From Eledone cirrhosa (taxonomy: Eukaryota): DNA of 64,000 nt. The stretch is from NCBI GenBank assembly GCA_964016885.1, contig OZ024742.1:221030001-221094000 (forward strand), read 5' to 3'. The position numbers and the translations under genes are program-made. The notes under the pieces are model-generated. The model saw only the letters and a program-made list of their open reading frames with translations. It did not search any database and had not been told where the DNA came from. The first letter of the stretch is position 1. Each line of letters starts with the position of its first letter. Shown here in pieces: positions 41,998-55,802 of the stretch.

Positions 41998-43995
41998 CTA
42001 GCAGAATGGCCAGGCGTTGCTCGGGCTTCTAAACATAGATTGGCGTGTTTGTAGCGACGTGGTTAGTCAGTCTAGTCACTACTTCTGATCAGATCCGAGA
42101 ATAGTCCTTAGAAGGACTGTTATCGCATACGGTCTGATCAGATATGAAGATAGCCCGTAAAAGGACTGTTGTCGCATATAGCCCTTAAAAGAACTGTTGA
42201 GGATGGACAGACGAAAGCACAAGTTGAAAGGACGAAGCAAGGCGAGATGTAAATTCGATCAGCTATTTATTTTCACATGAAGCGACGATACGAGGTACAA
42301 GGCGTGTGAGTGACAAAGCGTGGCAGAGTAAAGGAACATCGATGTGCTAGCTGACTCTGCCAAAAGTCGACTGACGAAGTGTTGGGAACCACTCTATTTA
42401 TACAGGAACAATCGTTTGATGTTTAGTCGATGTGTAGGCGTTTATTCTGGTAGGTTCTAAGGGTTCTTTTGTTTCGCGTTGAAGAAGCTAGCTAACAGGT
42501 AGATGGCGCTGTATATTTCACAGATGTTATTTCCGGTGGCTGTACATTAGCCCCCTGCCAGTTCTTTTGTACAACAAAAGAGCGAAATATCGTATAGTAA
42601 TGGGCCAGTGGTGCATTTGTAATGACAATAGCCCCAGGAGTGTCCAGCACGTTGTGAAATTTTGTGATCATCGAGTACAGGACAGAGTCGATGTAGAGAT
42701 GATATGGCAAGATGTGTGTGTCAGGAAGAGAAAAAAGAAATAAACTATAAAATGACTTTGACCAGTTGCAATTTCGGTTGAGCTGCCTGTGAATTGCGTG
42801 ACAAAAAGTCTAACTGGGCAGTGAAGATAACCGTAATGTGTGAACTGAATGGCCGTAAGCATGCTGCCTAAAAGTACCAGTTGGCTCCACAGCATATGAC
42901 TTGAGCGAATGCATGTGGTAAAAAAAATAGCGAGGCATTCTCGAGCTATTGAGCGAATGCGTACGTGAATAAAGAAGGCCAGTGTTTTGAGGATGCGATT
43001 TGTGAAATGCATGATCAAAGAGAAAACATTTTGTAGTGTAAGAGTTAGAGGGACACAAATATCTATTGCTCAGTGTATGAACTAAAAGGGTGAAACAAAC
43101 GTGGTTTTGTAGTGTGCATGAAACACAGAATATGTACACGCCTTGTATGTATATAAAAATTATAGCAATTACACAATCAATGTTACAGAACAAGAAAAAT
43201 TCAAATTTTGCAAAACAAGAAAGAGAAGTAGCTAGCTAACAGGTAGATGGCGCTGTATATTTCACAGATGTTATTTCCGGTGGCTGTACATGTTTATCCC
43301 TCCTTTCTGAAACAGTACAGAGAAGTACGGAATATTTCGGCCTGGGGATGGTGTCTACATTTTGTGCTTAGGCAAATCATTTTCCATTAAGATTTTTCAA
43401 AAGCATGTAATTGCGTTCCCTCTCTTTTTTTGTTGTTTTTGCTGATGTTGGTGTGATAGCAACCGTTGGTCGTACTACTAACACAGTCTCGTCCTGCTTC
43501 AGCCAATCGTGTATATTCCCTTCTGCCTCGTCTACCTAAACAATGATTGTAGTACCTCCTTGTACACAATGTTCCTTGTTCTTCCGTGTCGTGCATATGC
43601 AAAGAGATTTGTCTTGCTTCCACTCTTGAGCAACCAACGTATAGTTGCCCTTGTGAAAAACATGACTCTTCCAAAAGAGGACCAGGAACAGCTAGGGTCT
43701 GACCCTGGGATTTGTTGATAGACATTGCAAAGCTGACACAGTTCGGCAAATGGTTCGTTGGTTGTCTGTTTCAAGTGCTCTTCTGGTGGCAGCATCTTGC
43801 GACCGTCGAATAGCAGATTCCACTGACGATTCGTTTGCCCGCCTTGTTCTTTTTCTTGCCGCTTTCGCAGTATTTCGGCCAATGGAGTATCTCTTCCTTC
43901 GAGGCATGACCTAAAAGCAGGACGAAGAACACTAAGACTAACTGGTAGAATAAGGAGTAAACTCGTCAGTCATGCATGTGATTTCCGAACCGTTG
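41998..43995 (-). mobile_element. Internally deleted Helitron (5' boundary approximate)
   Basis: 3' end hairpin GCCCGAGCAACGCCTGGC followed by CTAG|T. PIF1-helicase C-terminal motifs FAMSINKSQGQTL and GQLYVGCSRV lie directly after an N-terminal MPRRKR segment. Confidence 0.85.
42050..43290 (-). mobile_element. Deleted LTR retrotransposon nested in the Helitron
   Basis: TG...CA termini with a 4-bp TSD TGTT (42046-49 and 43291-94). Full LTR 42050-42546 is preceded on the minus strand by PPT-like GGCAGGGGG. About 60 bp of the other LTR remains at 43230-43290. Confidence 0.8.
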
Positions 43996-44151
43996 ACTAT
44001 GTAATTGCTGGCCTTGTGCCAAAAGTAGTGGGACTTTTTGGGTGGCATATCGGCAGTAACAATGACGATAAGCCGTCTGTGCTTTCGTGAAATAAATAAG
44101 TTTCTTTATATTTTGTTTTTATGTATGCAAAAATATCTGTACACGAATATA

Positions 44152-44191
<40 letters not shown>

Positions 44192-44344
44192 CAAGATGTA
44201 TGGTAGGTCGTATGTGAATTGCGATGATCACGTCTGACCTACCAAATATGTGACGGTAGCTAGTTAAACTCTATGCGTATAAGCAGAGCAGAAATATTAA
44301 TGAAAAAGAACAAAGGAACTATTATGACATTATAACAAGTTTAT

Positions 44345-44391
44345 TGCCGACAGCCGTTTCGTCCGACCATATGGTGGGACTTTTCAAGGCA
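44345..44391 (-). ncRNA. Hammerhead ribozyme motif (U3-A8 variant), left-arm copy
   Basis: Exact reverse complement of 48002-48048. Confidence 0.72.
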
Positions 44392-47300
44392 TATAACATG
44401 TGATTGTAAGTTCATTATTTACATCAATGAATCACTTAAGACTAGCAGTTTGAAATTGTGGTATACATCAGCAGCTCCGCTTGTGTATTTGGGGTCTATA
44501 TTCTAAGGGGGCTCCTTTATATTAGTTGTCGGAATTGTAAAAGGGATGGGTTATGGGGAGTTAAGAGAATTTGAAAATGTCCTGAGAGTCAGGGATTGAA
44601 GGTTAAAAATTAGATAATTTATAATTACGTATTAAAAGTAAAAGACTTGGGATCTCGTAGAAGCACCCTAAAAAATCCCTCAATAAGTGCATATAGCTTA
44701 CAAGCCCCAATAAATTTAACAAACTAGAAGAGATTAAGAGACTAATAAAATAAAATAAAAAAATAAAGATATAAAGTTTCCCTAAAAACTATAAAGTTTC
44801 CCAAGAAGTTCCCCCGAGAGAAAAAAATTTCTTTCGAGAGAAAAAAACCTTCTTCCCCAGAGATCTCGTTAAAAATTTTTCGAAAATTTACGAAGTTTTG
44901 ATAATCCCTACTAAGTTGAAAGAAACTAATCAATTAAAGGTTAATTCAAAAAGCCTTCAATAAACCCCTCAGAAGAGGCCCCTTTAATATTTTTAATAGG
45001 AACCTCCTCCGAGAGACCCTTCGAAGAATTAAAATTTTAGAGAGCCTTTAAGGATATGTATAAACGAATTGGGGAAAATTATAAATTAAAAGTTAAAAAT
45101 TACGGTATTTGGGATATCCGAGGAATTTTCAAAGGGCTGGTTCAACAGATATAACTTAGGTATAATAGATAAAATAATTTAAGTAATTTAAGTAATTTAA
45201 TTAGGGAGCAATTCAAAGAGCTTATCAAGTTGGGCAAGATTAAAGAGAATTATAAGTAAGAAAATACATAAGCAAAAAGACAATAATTATAAAATGGCAT
45301 AGTATTCTCAGGACTCAACTTGCTTAACAGGAGATCAGAAATCTTCTCGTCCTGCCCCCACACTATACTTAGCTCTTTCTTTTTCTTCAGACCAGACACA
45401 TAACCCTGACCCCACCCTGTCCCGCACATGACTGCCCCTCTGGCGAATAGGGTGCTCTTTAGTAACCCCGGCCGCATTGATGCCTCGGCTCCCCGATTGC
45501 CGATGGGGACTCCGGTGAGGAACAGTCGACCCTGTGTCCCTATTGCCAACCTGGGATTGGTGGCAGCATTATTGCTGGGCACCCTGCGGGCAGACGATGC
45601 CTGCGGTGTGGGACATTGTGAGTGCCTGGACCCACGTTGACTGATCTGGGGAGGTGCCGTCGGAGATGTATGTCAACAAATACGGGAACTTGCCCAAGGA
45701 AACAGTAACAGAACACCCAATATGGCGGCCGCTCCCTGCCTATAACCAATCAAACCCCTCTCCTCCCCTAATAAACCCCCGCCCAAATAGATGCCTCTCC
45801 CCACTCTCCCCCACTCACTTCTTTTGAGTTAGTTCTTCTTTATTATTAGTGGTTCTTTTTGAGTTAGTTCTTTATTAATGGTGATTTTTTTTTTGTATAT
45901 TTCCACGGTTGACTTAATGGGCTTGGAGAGTTGACTCCCTTGATGTCTGACCACTCGATAAGTTAGGGGCTGTGCCCCTTGAGCAGGGATGTGTCTAGCT
46001 GGTCTACCTGCTGTCTGCTACTACCCGAGACTGGACACGGTCGTAGCCACAGGCCAGCGCGTGCGCGATGGCATGGAATATATATTTTCTGCTAGTCACC
46101 CCGTGTAATATGATACCCCAAGATTCCATGCATGAGATTCACCGAAGCATGCGCAGTCTTAACCGGGAGATGACAAACGAACTTGAAAATAACACAAGAG
46201 AGACCCTACTTGCATATATATACAGACCTGTCTTGAATGTGCATGGCTGACGCAATATGGATAACACGACCAACATCTAAGCTGGAACCGACCCCTACAA
46301 CAAACAAAGAGGGGACAGCCCTTCGCATTTGACCAGTCGCGTGTGTGCTTGGAGTTCGTGGTATACCACCCCAGTCAAATCCACACTGGTTTTTTTTACC
46401 AATATAGCATGTAAACCAATACATCCTATGCAGCGAGACCTTGGATTTGGAACTGGCACCGTTCAACCCCCGAAACTAAAAGATCGAACGGACCACACCC
46501 AGCAACCACTAGCTATTTGATCCACAGGTACATTTCCCAGAGAGTCCACGCGGCTGATAGTGAATCCCAGTTGATTCGTGAACTCTGAACTTTTAAACAA
46601 GACCAAATGTGCCTGGAGCTATGCAGATGACTACATACGCATAATGGATATCGCGCCCACAAGGTCGCCTGTATTATTTATCCTGCTGTATGTGTGTAAA
46701 GTATCCGTACGTGGGATATCCCTGAGTACATTTTCTTGACTATCAATGGTTAATTGATTGTTTGTTGATTACGCAGGGGTATACCATTATGTCTTTGTTA
46801 ATCATATGTAATGCTGTATGGGTGTAAAGTATCCGAGAGCGGGATATCCCTGAGCTAATTTTGCTTAACTGTTAATTGTTTATTGATTTTGTTAATTAGG
46901 CAGGAATATATTATTATGTCTTTGTTAATCCTGTATCAATAATTTTATAGTAATTTTTTTTAATCCTGTATCAATAGTTTCATGATAATTTTGTAATAAT
47001 TTTATAATAATTTTATAATAATTTTGTGATAGTACATTATTAGATTACTGAAGCTACCTTATACCTTCTTAAAAATACATTTTATAATTATTGTTTTTTA
47101 AAAATACATTTTATAATTATTGTCTTTTTGCTTATGTATTTTCTTACTTATAATTCTCTTTAATCTTGCCCAACTTGATAAGCTCTTTGAATTGCTCCCT
47201 AATTAAATTACTTAAATTACTTAAATTACTTAAATTATTTTATCTATTATACCTAAGTTATATCTGTTGAACCAGCCCTTTGAAAATTCCTCGGATATCC

Positions 47301-48001
47301 CAAATACCGTAATTTTTAACTTTTAATTTATAATTTTCCCCAATTCGTTTATACATATCCTTAAAGGCTCTCTAAAATTTTAATTCTTCGAAGGGTCTCT
47401 CGGAGGAGGTTCCTATTAAAAATATTAAAGGGGCCTCTTCTGAGGGGGTTATTGAAGGCTTTTTGAATTAACCTTTAATTGATTAGTTTCTTTCAACTTA
47501 GTAGGGATTATCAAAACTTCGTAAATTTTCGAAAAATTTTTAACGAGATCTCTGGGAAAGAAGGTTTTTTTTCTCTCGGGGGAACTTCTTGGGAAACTTT
47601 ATAGTTTTTAGGGAAACTTTATATCTTTATTTTTTTATTTTATTTTATTAGTCTCTTAATCTCTTCTAGTTTGTTAAATTTATTGGGGCTTGTAAGCTAT
47701 ATGCACTTATTGAGGGATTTTTTAGGGTGCTTCTACGAGATCCCAAGTCTTTTACTTTTAATACGTAATTATAAATTATCTAATTTTTAACCTTCAATCC
47801 CTGACTCTCAGGACATTTTCAAATTCTCTTAACTCCCCATAACCCATCCCTTTTACAATTCCGACAACTAATATAAAGGAGCACCCTTAGAATATAGACT
47901 CCAAATATACAAGCGGAGCTGCTGATGTATACCACAATTTCAAACTGCTAGTCTTAAGTGATTCATTGATGTAAATAATGAACTTACAATCACATGTTAT
48001 A

Positions 48002-48048
48002 TGCCTTGAAAAGTCCCACCATATGGTCGGACGAAACGGCTGTCGGCA
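48002..48048 (+). ncRNA. Type I hammerhead ribozyme motif (U3-A8 variant)
   Basis: TGCC-TTGAAAA-GTCC-cACCAtaTGGTc-GGAC-GAAA-CggctG-TC-GGCA. GUC cleavage predicted after C48044, with AATAAA immediately after. Confidence 0.72.
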
Positions 48049-48092
48049 ATAAACTTGTTATAATGTCATAATAGTTCCTTTGTTCTTTTTCA

Positions 48093-48130
<38 letters not shown>

Positions 48131-50238
48131 TAACAGATTAAAGTTTAAGCAAAGAATCGTTGCTTTCACCCTTAATGGGATCTTCTGAAACTAAAAAAAT
48201 CAATCTATGAACGCAGAAGTAAATATTTTGAAAAACATTGCAACCGAAGGAAAACAGGAAGACGATACTTTGGTTCGTGAAGACGTTCCCTGGCAATGAA
48301 CCTAATGCAGACAGCCAGACATACAGACGTTATCGCTATGTAGCTATCTAAAAAAGACAACAGAAAATTGAAAAATAAAAGCTGCAGTTATTATCTTTAG
48401 ACCGCAAGGAATATATAAAGGTAAGTTTGAAGTCATTCGGAGTAGAAATATGGATTTATATAGACTTTGCAAAAATTAGGACACACACACACAGACAATT
48501 TCAGTTTTATATAGATGTATAGATAACAATATTCACTTTGCACATCGAGTAATATTATTTATGACATGAAATATCCAAACATTAAATTGTTAGCTGCTAC
48601 GAGTTAACGTGAATGCATGTATCAGAGAAGACAATATAGTATAAGTTGTGTTGTGTCTTGCAGATACAATATGACAGGAGGAATAGGATGAGCGTATAAT
48701 ATAAACAATATGAACTTACTATGTGTGTGTGTGTGTGCCTATTCTTAGAATATATTATTCTTCTCAAGAATGCTACTTCATGTCTGGCTGCCTGGCTGTG
48801 TCGGTGGTCGGTAAAGTAGAAGCCAGTAAGAACCAGAAGAAAGATAGAGTGAAAGGTCTGCTAATGCCTACATCGCTATTGCTCGCTGACTGCGACTTCG
48901 AGTCTGTCCCTTGGATTCCTTAACTCCTTGTATTTATAATAAGTGCTAAAGTTAGAAGGATGGATATATGAGGTTGATTTATGATCAGCCATGTGGTTAT
49001 TGTCTCCCGAGAAGCTGGGGTCACAGGTCAAGTGGAATGTACATTTATCATCGCTGTCTTTGACAAGACAATGGTGAGAACCTCCAACGATAGATAGTCC
49101 TAGAAGCGTGAAAGCTCAGATTCGGTTTCGAAACTTCGCCGGTAAAACATAGGAGTATTCCATTATATATTCAATATATAAATGATGAATAGTTGCTTCA
49201 TGTAAAATTGTAACAGTATATTATCAACTGAATAAATTAGAACTGACACGTATGTCTCCATATTTAGCATACTTCCATAACCAGACCTGCCAACCTCTAT
49301 AAACCCAAACAGGAAATACCCTGAAAAAAAGTGCCCCCAAAACAGGGAGAAATGAGGCAAAATGGGGAGATTTTATATAATGAAAGTTATACCCATTTTC
49401 ACAAGACATGTCATCCAAAGTTGAACTCATGGCATACACCCCACACTTGCCTGAGGTTAAAGTAGGCTCTTCAGTTGTGTCAATAATAACAACCTCTCTA
49501 GTGCTGCCAGTACACCCTATAAAATGGTTGGTGATAGGAAGGGCATGCCACTGTAGAAACAATACAAACAAAGGTAGAGATGACTCTTTAATTGTGCCCA
49601 GGATACAACAGCCTCTCTATACAATAAACACATCCAGTACACTTTGTAAAGTGGTTGGTAATAGATCCACATATGAAGGGCACCTAGCCTTAGAAGACCT
49701 GCCAAACATAGGGTCATATAAATATATATATAATATACATATATATATATATATATATATGTCGCTGTGAGGTAAGAAGTGTAAGTAATTGATTAATCAA
49801 AATTATTGACTGTGGATTTGCTTCTCAGTACTGAAATGCTTGTAGAATACAAAAGGATGTGTAAAATTTCTAAAAAGCTTTAGTTATCTTTTACACACAT
49901 TTGCATATCATCATCATCATCATTTTACGTCCGCTTTTCCCTGCTTGCAAGGGTGGGACGGGAACTGATTCTGGCTTGATTTCTACAGCTGGATGCCCTT
50001 TCTAACACCAACCTCATTTACAGTGAGTGGTGGGTGCTTTTTTGCCGTGGCACCTCCACGACCACTTTGCAGTGGAATGATATAGACCCCAGTCCCTATC
50101 ATCTCATTTCTACAGCTGAGTAAGCTGGAGCAATGTGAAATAAAGTGTCTTGCTCAAGGAAACAACACATCACCCAGTCTGAGAATTGAACTCACAACCT
50201 TTCGATTGCAAGGCCAATGCTCTAACCACTAAGCCATG

Positions 50239-50378
<140 letters not shown>

Positions 50379-50461
50379 GAACTTTTTTTGTTTAATATAA
50401 GGAACTGTTTCTTTGTTTTATTCATTATTTTTTAATATTTTATATATATATATATAGAAGG

Positions 50462-50512
50462 AGCTTCTACAGGACTAGTACTGTTTCATTCAGATGAAAT
50501 CTTCAGGAAGCT
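50462..50512 (-). ncRNA. Type I hammerhead ribozyme motif
   Basis: Minus strand: AGCTTC-CTGAAGA-tTTC atct GAAt-GAAA-CAG tactagtc CTG-TA-GAAGCT, 5 nt from (TA)n. Confidence 0.75.
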
Positions 50513-50804
50513 GGGTGTCATATTAAGTTCTGGTATTTATACATTTAGGTAGTGGTAAGGGAGGGGTGGTGGAGGGGGGGGGGTATTTAGATACACGGGA
50601 CCACTTCATGGCACAGGCCGTTTTTTCTTTGGGGAGTGGTCAATAAGCCAGAGTGCTTTTTTGAAATAATTAAATGAGTAAATAAATAAATAAATAAATG
50701 AATAAATAGATAAAAGAATAGATAGATAAAATAAATAAAAGAATAAATAAAAATAAATAAATAAAAACCCCATGAATAGTAATTCAACAGATATATAGTA
50801 GGGA

Positions 50805-50863
<59 letters not shown>

Positions 50864-51283
50864 ATATGAGTAAAAGTTTCATTTTAAGTGGTTTTCTAGC
50901 ACCATAAATGAGAAGAAATGAAGGAGAAAACCAAAAACATAAATGGATGAATAAAATGAAGAATTAGACAGTTTTAAAACACAATGATCATGAACAAAGT
51001 GGTATTCATAAAATACAAGAACAAAATTGCAATTTATGGTATTGAACCAGCAGAGAAGAGACGATGCCAGGATGATGATGATGACAGGAAATTAATAGGA
51101 TATTGAGAAAGATTAGAAAATGAAGTGGTTATGTTGGTAATTTATTCTTTTATCATGTCTGTGGATTTCTTCCAGAAATGCATCACATTTCAATAAACAT
51201 TTTAACTTTAAAGCTGTTTGATTTTATTTAGTCTCAACCCCCCCCCCCCCCCCCCTCTGTCTTTTGCATATACATATATATAT

Positions 51284-52445
51284 ATCATCATCATCATCAT
51301 CATCATTTTAGGTCCGCTTTTCGCTGCTTGCAAGAGTGGGACGGGTCCTATTAAGCACAGCATCTTTCCATTCGTCATGGTCCTTTGTCACCTCCGTGAG
51401 TGAGCTGCAGCGATCTGAGGTCTGCTCTCACCACCTCCGCCCATGTTTTTCATGGTCTTCCTTCTACTGGGATTTCTTGGCACTTCTTTACCCAGTGGTC
51501 ATCCTCCATGCGCATCACATGTCCATAACAACGCAGTCTTCTCTCCTGCGCACTACAGCCTATCCCTCTTATACACAGTTTCTTTCTCAACACGTTTATG
51601 GTTGGTCATTCACACACATTGACATTGCGACTTCTACTGTCAAATGTCCCTGTACATCTACTGCATATGTAGTTTTCCCTACCTGTTAGTTTGCCTGTTA
51701 TCCCACTACATCTCTTGTGTACCCAAGATCTGCATTGTGTACATTTTATAGAATTTATGCCAACTCCTTTCCTACATATCAAATATGGCCATTTCCCTGA
51801 TGGAATCAGAGTTTTGTCCTCTTTTCTACTTATCAACACCTTAGTCTTAGTAGGTTCACTCCCAGTCCTCTTCATTCCAACTGCTGTTTCCACAGCCAGA
51901 ATTTATTCTCAAGCTCCTCTACTGATTCTGCTATAAGTAACAGATCGTCAGCATAGAGAAGTTCCCATGGGTAGCCAGTCTTAAACTCCTCTGTTATCGC
52001 TTGGAGGACTATAATGAACAAGAGCAGGCTGAGGGCCAAACCCTGATATACTCCTACTTGTATCTGGAATTCCTCACTAAACTCCATTCCTACTCTCACT
52101 TTACTAACAGCACCTCTGTACATAGCTTGCACTGTCCTCACAAGCCATTCCTCTACACCTAGTTTCCTTAGGGACCACCAGATGACAGATTGGGGTACTC
52201 TATCGAAGGCCTTCTCTAGGTCAATAAAAGCTAAGTATAGTGGCTTATTCTCTAAGAACCTCTGTTGTAGTTGTCTCACTAAGAAGAGGGCATCTGTTGT
52301 ACTTTTCCCAGTCACAAAACCGAACTGCATCTCATCTAATTTGACCCTTTCTCTAATTAGTTGCGCTAGTATTCTTTCTGCCACTTTCATAACCTGATCC
52401 TATAATTGCTCCTCTCCAGAGCATCCCCTTTACCTTTGTAGCAAT
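51284..52445 (-). mobile_element. Degraded RTE LINE copy
   Basis: ORF 51872-52390 has [15 protein letters not shown] and LLYADD. A zinc-finger remnant and a (CAT)n tail are present. Confidence 0.88.
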
Positions 52446-52711
52446 TTATATATATATATATATATATCACCTTGATCACCTTCACCGACCAGTCAGTCGG
52501 GCGCCGCTGGTCACAGCACGTCGTGCTGTTTTAGCCATAAGATAACGCCATCCCACTGGCTGGGTGGGCAGGCTGGTACTCATTTCTACAGCTGAGTAAA
52601 CTGGAGCAATGTGAAATAAAGTGTCTTGCTCAAGGAAAGAACACATCCGGTCCGAGAATTGAACTCACAACCCAACCTTTCGATTGCAAGCCCAATGCTC
52701 TAACCACTAAG

Positions 52712-52760
<49 letters not shown>

Positions 52761-52789
52761 ATATGTATGTGTATATATATATGTATATG

Positions 52790-52834
<45 letters not shown>

Positions 52835-52992
52835 ATATGTATATATATATGTATATATATGTGTATATATATATATATATGTATATACATATATATATGT
52901 GTATATAAATATATGTATATATATATATATATATATATCATTTCATTTTACGTCCGCTTTTCCCTGCTTGCAAGGATATATGTATATGTATA

Positions 52993-53051
<59 letters not shown>

Positions 53052-53267
53052 ATACATAGTTTAAAAAGTAGAGATCTACTTTATATCTTGCCAAACAAAG
53101 GGTTTTGGGAGGAGCCTTTAGTTATGTCAAGGGCATGAATGACACCCTTCCTAGTGCTGGTGAGCTACATAATAAAAGTACTCAGTAAATGCTGTAAAGT
53201 GGTTGATGTTAGGAAGGGCATCCAGCTGTAGAAAGCTTGCCAAACAATGGTTGGATAACATTAGAGT

Positions 53268-53640
53268 GGCAGTATCAGTAGAGGGTCGGACGCCATGCTT
53301 TCCAGCATAGTTACGTACCTTTACGGTCTGAGTTCTAATCCCGCCGAGGTTAACTTTGCCTTTGATCCTTACGGGGTCGATAAAATAAAGTACCAGTAAT
53401 GCACTGGGTAATTGCTGGCCTTGTGCCAAAAGTAGAAACAATTATTATACCCTGGTGGATTGGCAGTATCGGTAGAGGGTCGGACGCCATTCTTTGCAGC
53501 AAAGAGTTACGGCTCTTTATGGTCTGAGTTCAAATCCCGCTGAGGTTAACTTTGCCTTTCATCCTTACGGGGTCGGTAAAATAAAGTACCAGTAATGTAC
53601 TGGGTAATTGCTGGCCTTGTGCCAAAAGTAGAAACAATTA
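53268..53640 (+). mobile_element. Family A SINE dimer
   Basis: Two tandem copies joined by ATTATTATACCC. Confidence 0.85.
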
Positions 53641-54639
53641 ATGAGTTCAGCTGGTCTCGCTTGGGGATCCAGCCAGATCAGTTTGAGGCGGTTGCTTCTG
53701 ACAGGACCCGCTGGAAGGAGTGTTTGAGGATTCTGCCCCCATAACCCTCTTAGAAATAAGTGAGTGAAGAAGGAAGAGGAGGAGGATGATTACGATGATG
53801 ACAACGACAACAACAACAATGGACAACTACTTCTGACTGTCATTGTGAGGTGGGAAATAGAAGATTCTGGAATATCTACTGTTGAACATATGCTTGATAT
53901 TTAGATATTTGTCATGTGTATTGGAAAGAATAAGAAAAAGATATCTGTATAACAAAGACTTTATTCAACTACTCTTGGGTCTCGAATACCCCCCCCCCCC
54001 CCCCCCATCACGCTTATTAATCCCCCCTCCCCCGCTCTTATTTCAACCCCTAGCTTGTTAAATTTTGCTAATCTATCTCTGGCAGGCAAAATTTTATTTT
54101 AAGTGGTAGCATTTCTGCAACAATTAATTTTCTTTATACATTTAAAAACATTATACATCACAAAAACAAAAGAACATTACTAGAAATCCCATACTTTATA
54201 AAATAAATAGGATGGGTTGGGGTCTCAATATGTAAACTAAACAACTAATTCTAGTTTTTAAAAAAATCAATGGAGACAACCCCTTTAGGTTACATTTGAG
54301 TTTTACCTGTTGATTGAGGGAGTAAATTGACAGAGATATCAGAACATTTTGGTATTTGTTCAAATTCTCTATGTCCTGATTTCAAACTCTGCCATGGTCA
54401 ACTTTGCTTTTCATCTTTTTCGGGTAAATATATTAAACCCCCCAGTCCAGGAATGGTAGATTGGTAGAATTGTTAACTTGTTGAACAGGATGCTTTGTGG
54501 TATCTGTTTGGGCTTTGTGTGTTCTGAGTTTAAATCCCACAACTTGTCACTGGAAAAGCAGTAACATTTGGCCTAGAGATGTGTTGTGACTGACAGATCA
54601 TATCAGTAATGGAAAGGCCAATGGAAACATAGTTTTCTT

Positions 54640-55023
54640 GGTTCAAAACTGCCTGCGTCAATTGTTAGCTGCCGAGACACTGCATCCTTTAAGACACTCA
54701 TGCTTCCCGAAATACGCCAAAACTACACCTGATGTACCCCTTCCATACACATGCACACATGTGTATCATGACTCGTGCACTGTTCATTTTACTGATGTTT
54801 GTGCATTGCCCTATGTACTGTACATGCACTTTTTTTGATGAGTTGTGGTGCACCTGGGCACTGTACACAATATTTCATTATTGTTATTATTATTATATCA
54901 TGACTCATACACTGTTCATTTTCCTGACATTTGTACATTATTCTATGTACTATACATGCACCTTTGATGAGTTGTAGTGCACCTGAGCACTGTACACAAT
55001 AATTTCATTATTATTATTATTAT
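54640..55023 (+). mobile_element. CR1-like 3' UTR fragments (tandem) with (ATT)n tails
   Basis: Homologous to the 3' end of 55803-56340. Confidence 0.7.
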
Positions 55024-55802
55024 TTAAATACTTTCCTCTCCTTTTTGTAGTTGGGAAATGTAAACTCGCTTACCTTACCCTCCATGAAAATGTCACTGTT
55101 GCCTGATTGCATAATCCATGAACCATACTTGCCCCATGAAACTCTGACCAGAAATCCTGGGTTTCACATAAGCTCTCAGCTACATGATTACTAAGTATAA
55201 ATCCCTATTTCCTATTAAGAAAAAGGCTCTGTTCTCTTGCCCTTCCACTTATGTGACATCACTCTTCCTGTTACTTTCTAGGTGCTGCTCATAACCCCTC
55301 ACTTTTTTTAATAAAATAAGAACAGTAACCATAACCTCTTAGAGAGAGGGATAAAGACACATATGAATTATAGTGATTAGTGTATGTAATAACTTGTTGA
55401 AGGTTTAATAGTAAGATAGAACATTTGAGCCAGAAGGGAGATTTAAAAAGATGCAGTTTTAAGGAAAACAGATTAGACAAAACATTTTTAGTTAGATGCT
55501 GTACTCGAGAACACTCATCTAATCCATACATGATGATGATTGTGATGCTGGTGAGGATGATGACAATGATGATGATAATGATGATGATGATGAGGAAGGG
55601 GATGATGAAGATGATGATGGTGATGATAGTGATGGTAGTGGTGGTGGTGGTGGTGGTGGTGGTAGAACAAAGCCCTCAAACTCTATTATAAGAACACAGA
55701 GAGACATAATAGCAATGATATAGTTCTTTCAAGTCTTTTCAATAAGCCTATATTTTGCCAACATTTTAAATAATTCTTTCTGATTATTTGTGATGATATA
55801 TA

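Larger units (their letters stand above)
44294..48099. mobile_element. 3.8-kb foldback element with about 1-kb inverted arms (44294-45296 and 47107-48099), Penelope-like or retrozyme-like
   Basis: Arms are near-identical reverse complements apart from small indels. Each arm has an HHR and AATAAA near its outer end. The right end abuts (TA)n. Confidence 0.85.

Noticed and set aside
46579-46740. WSYADD motif in the foldback spacer
   Set aside because: Short frame with no other RT motifs, so likely chance.
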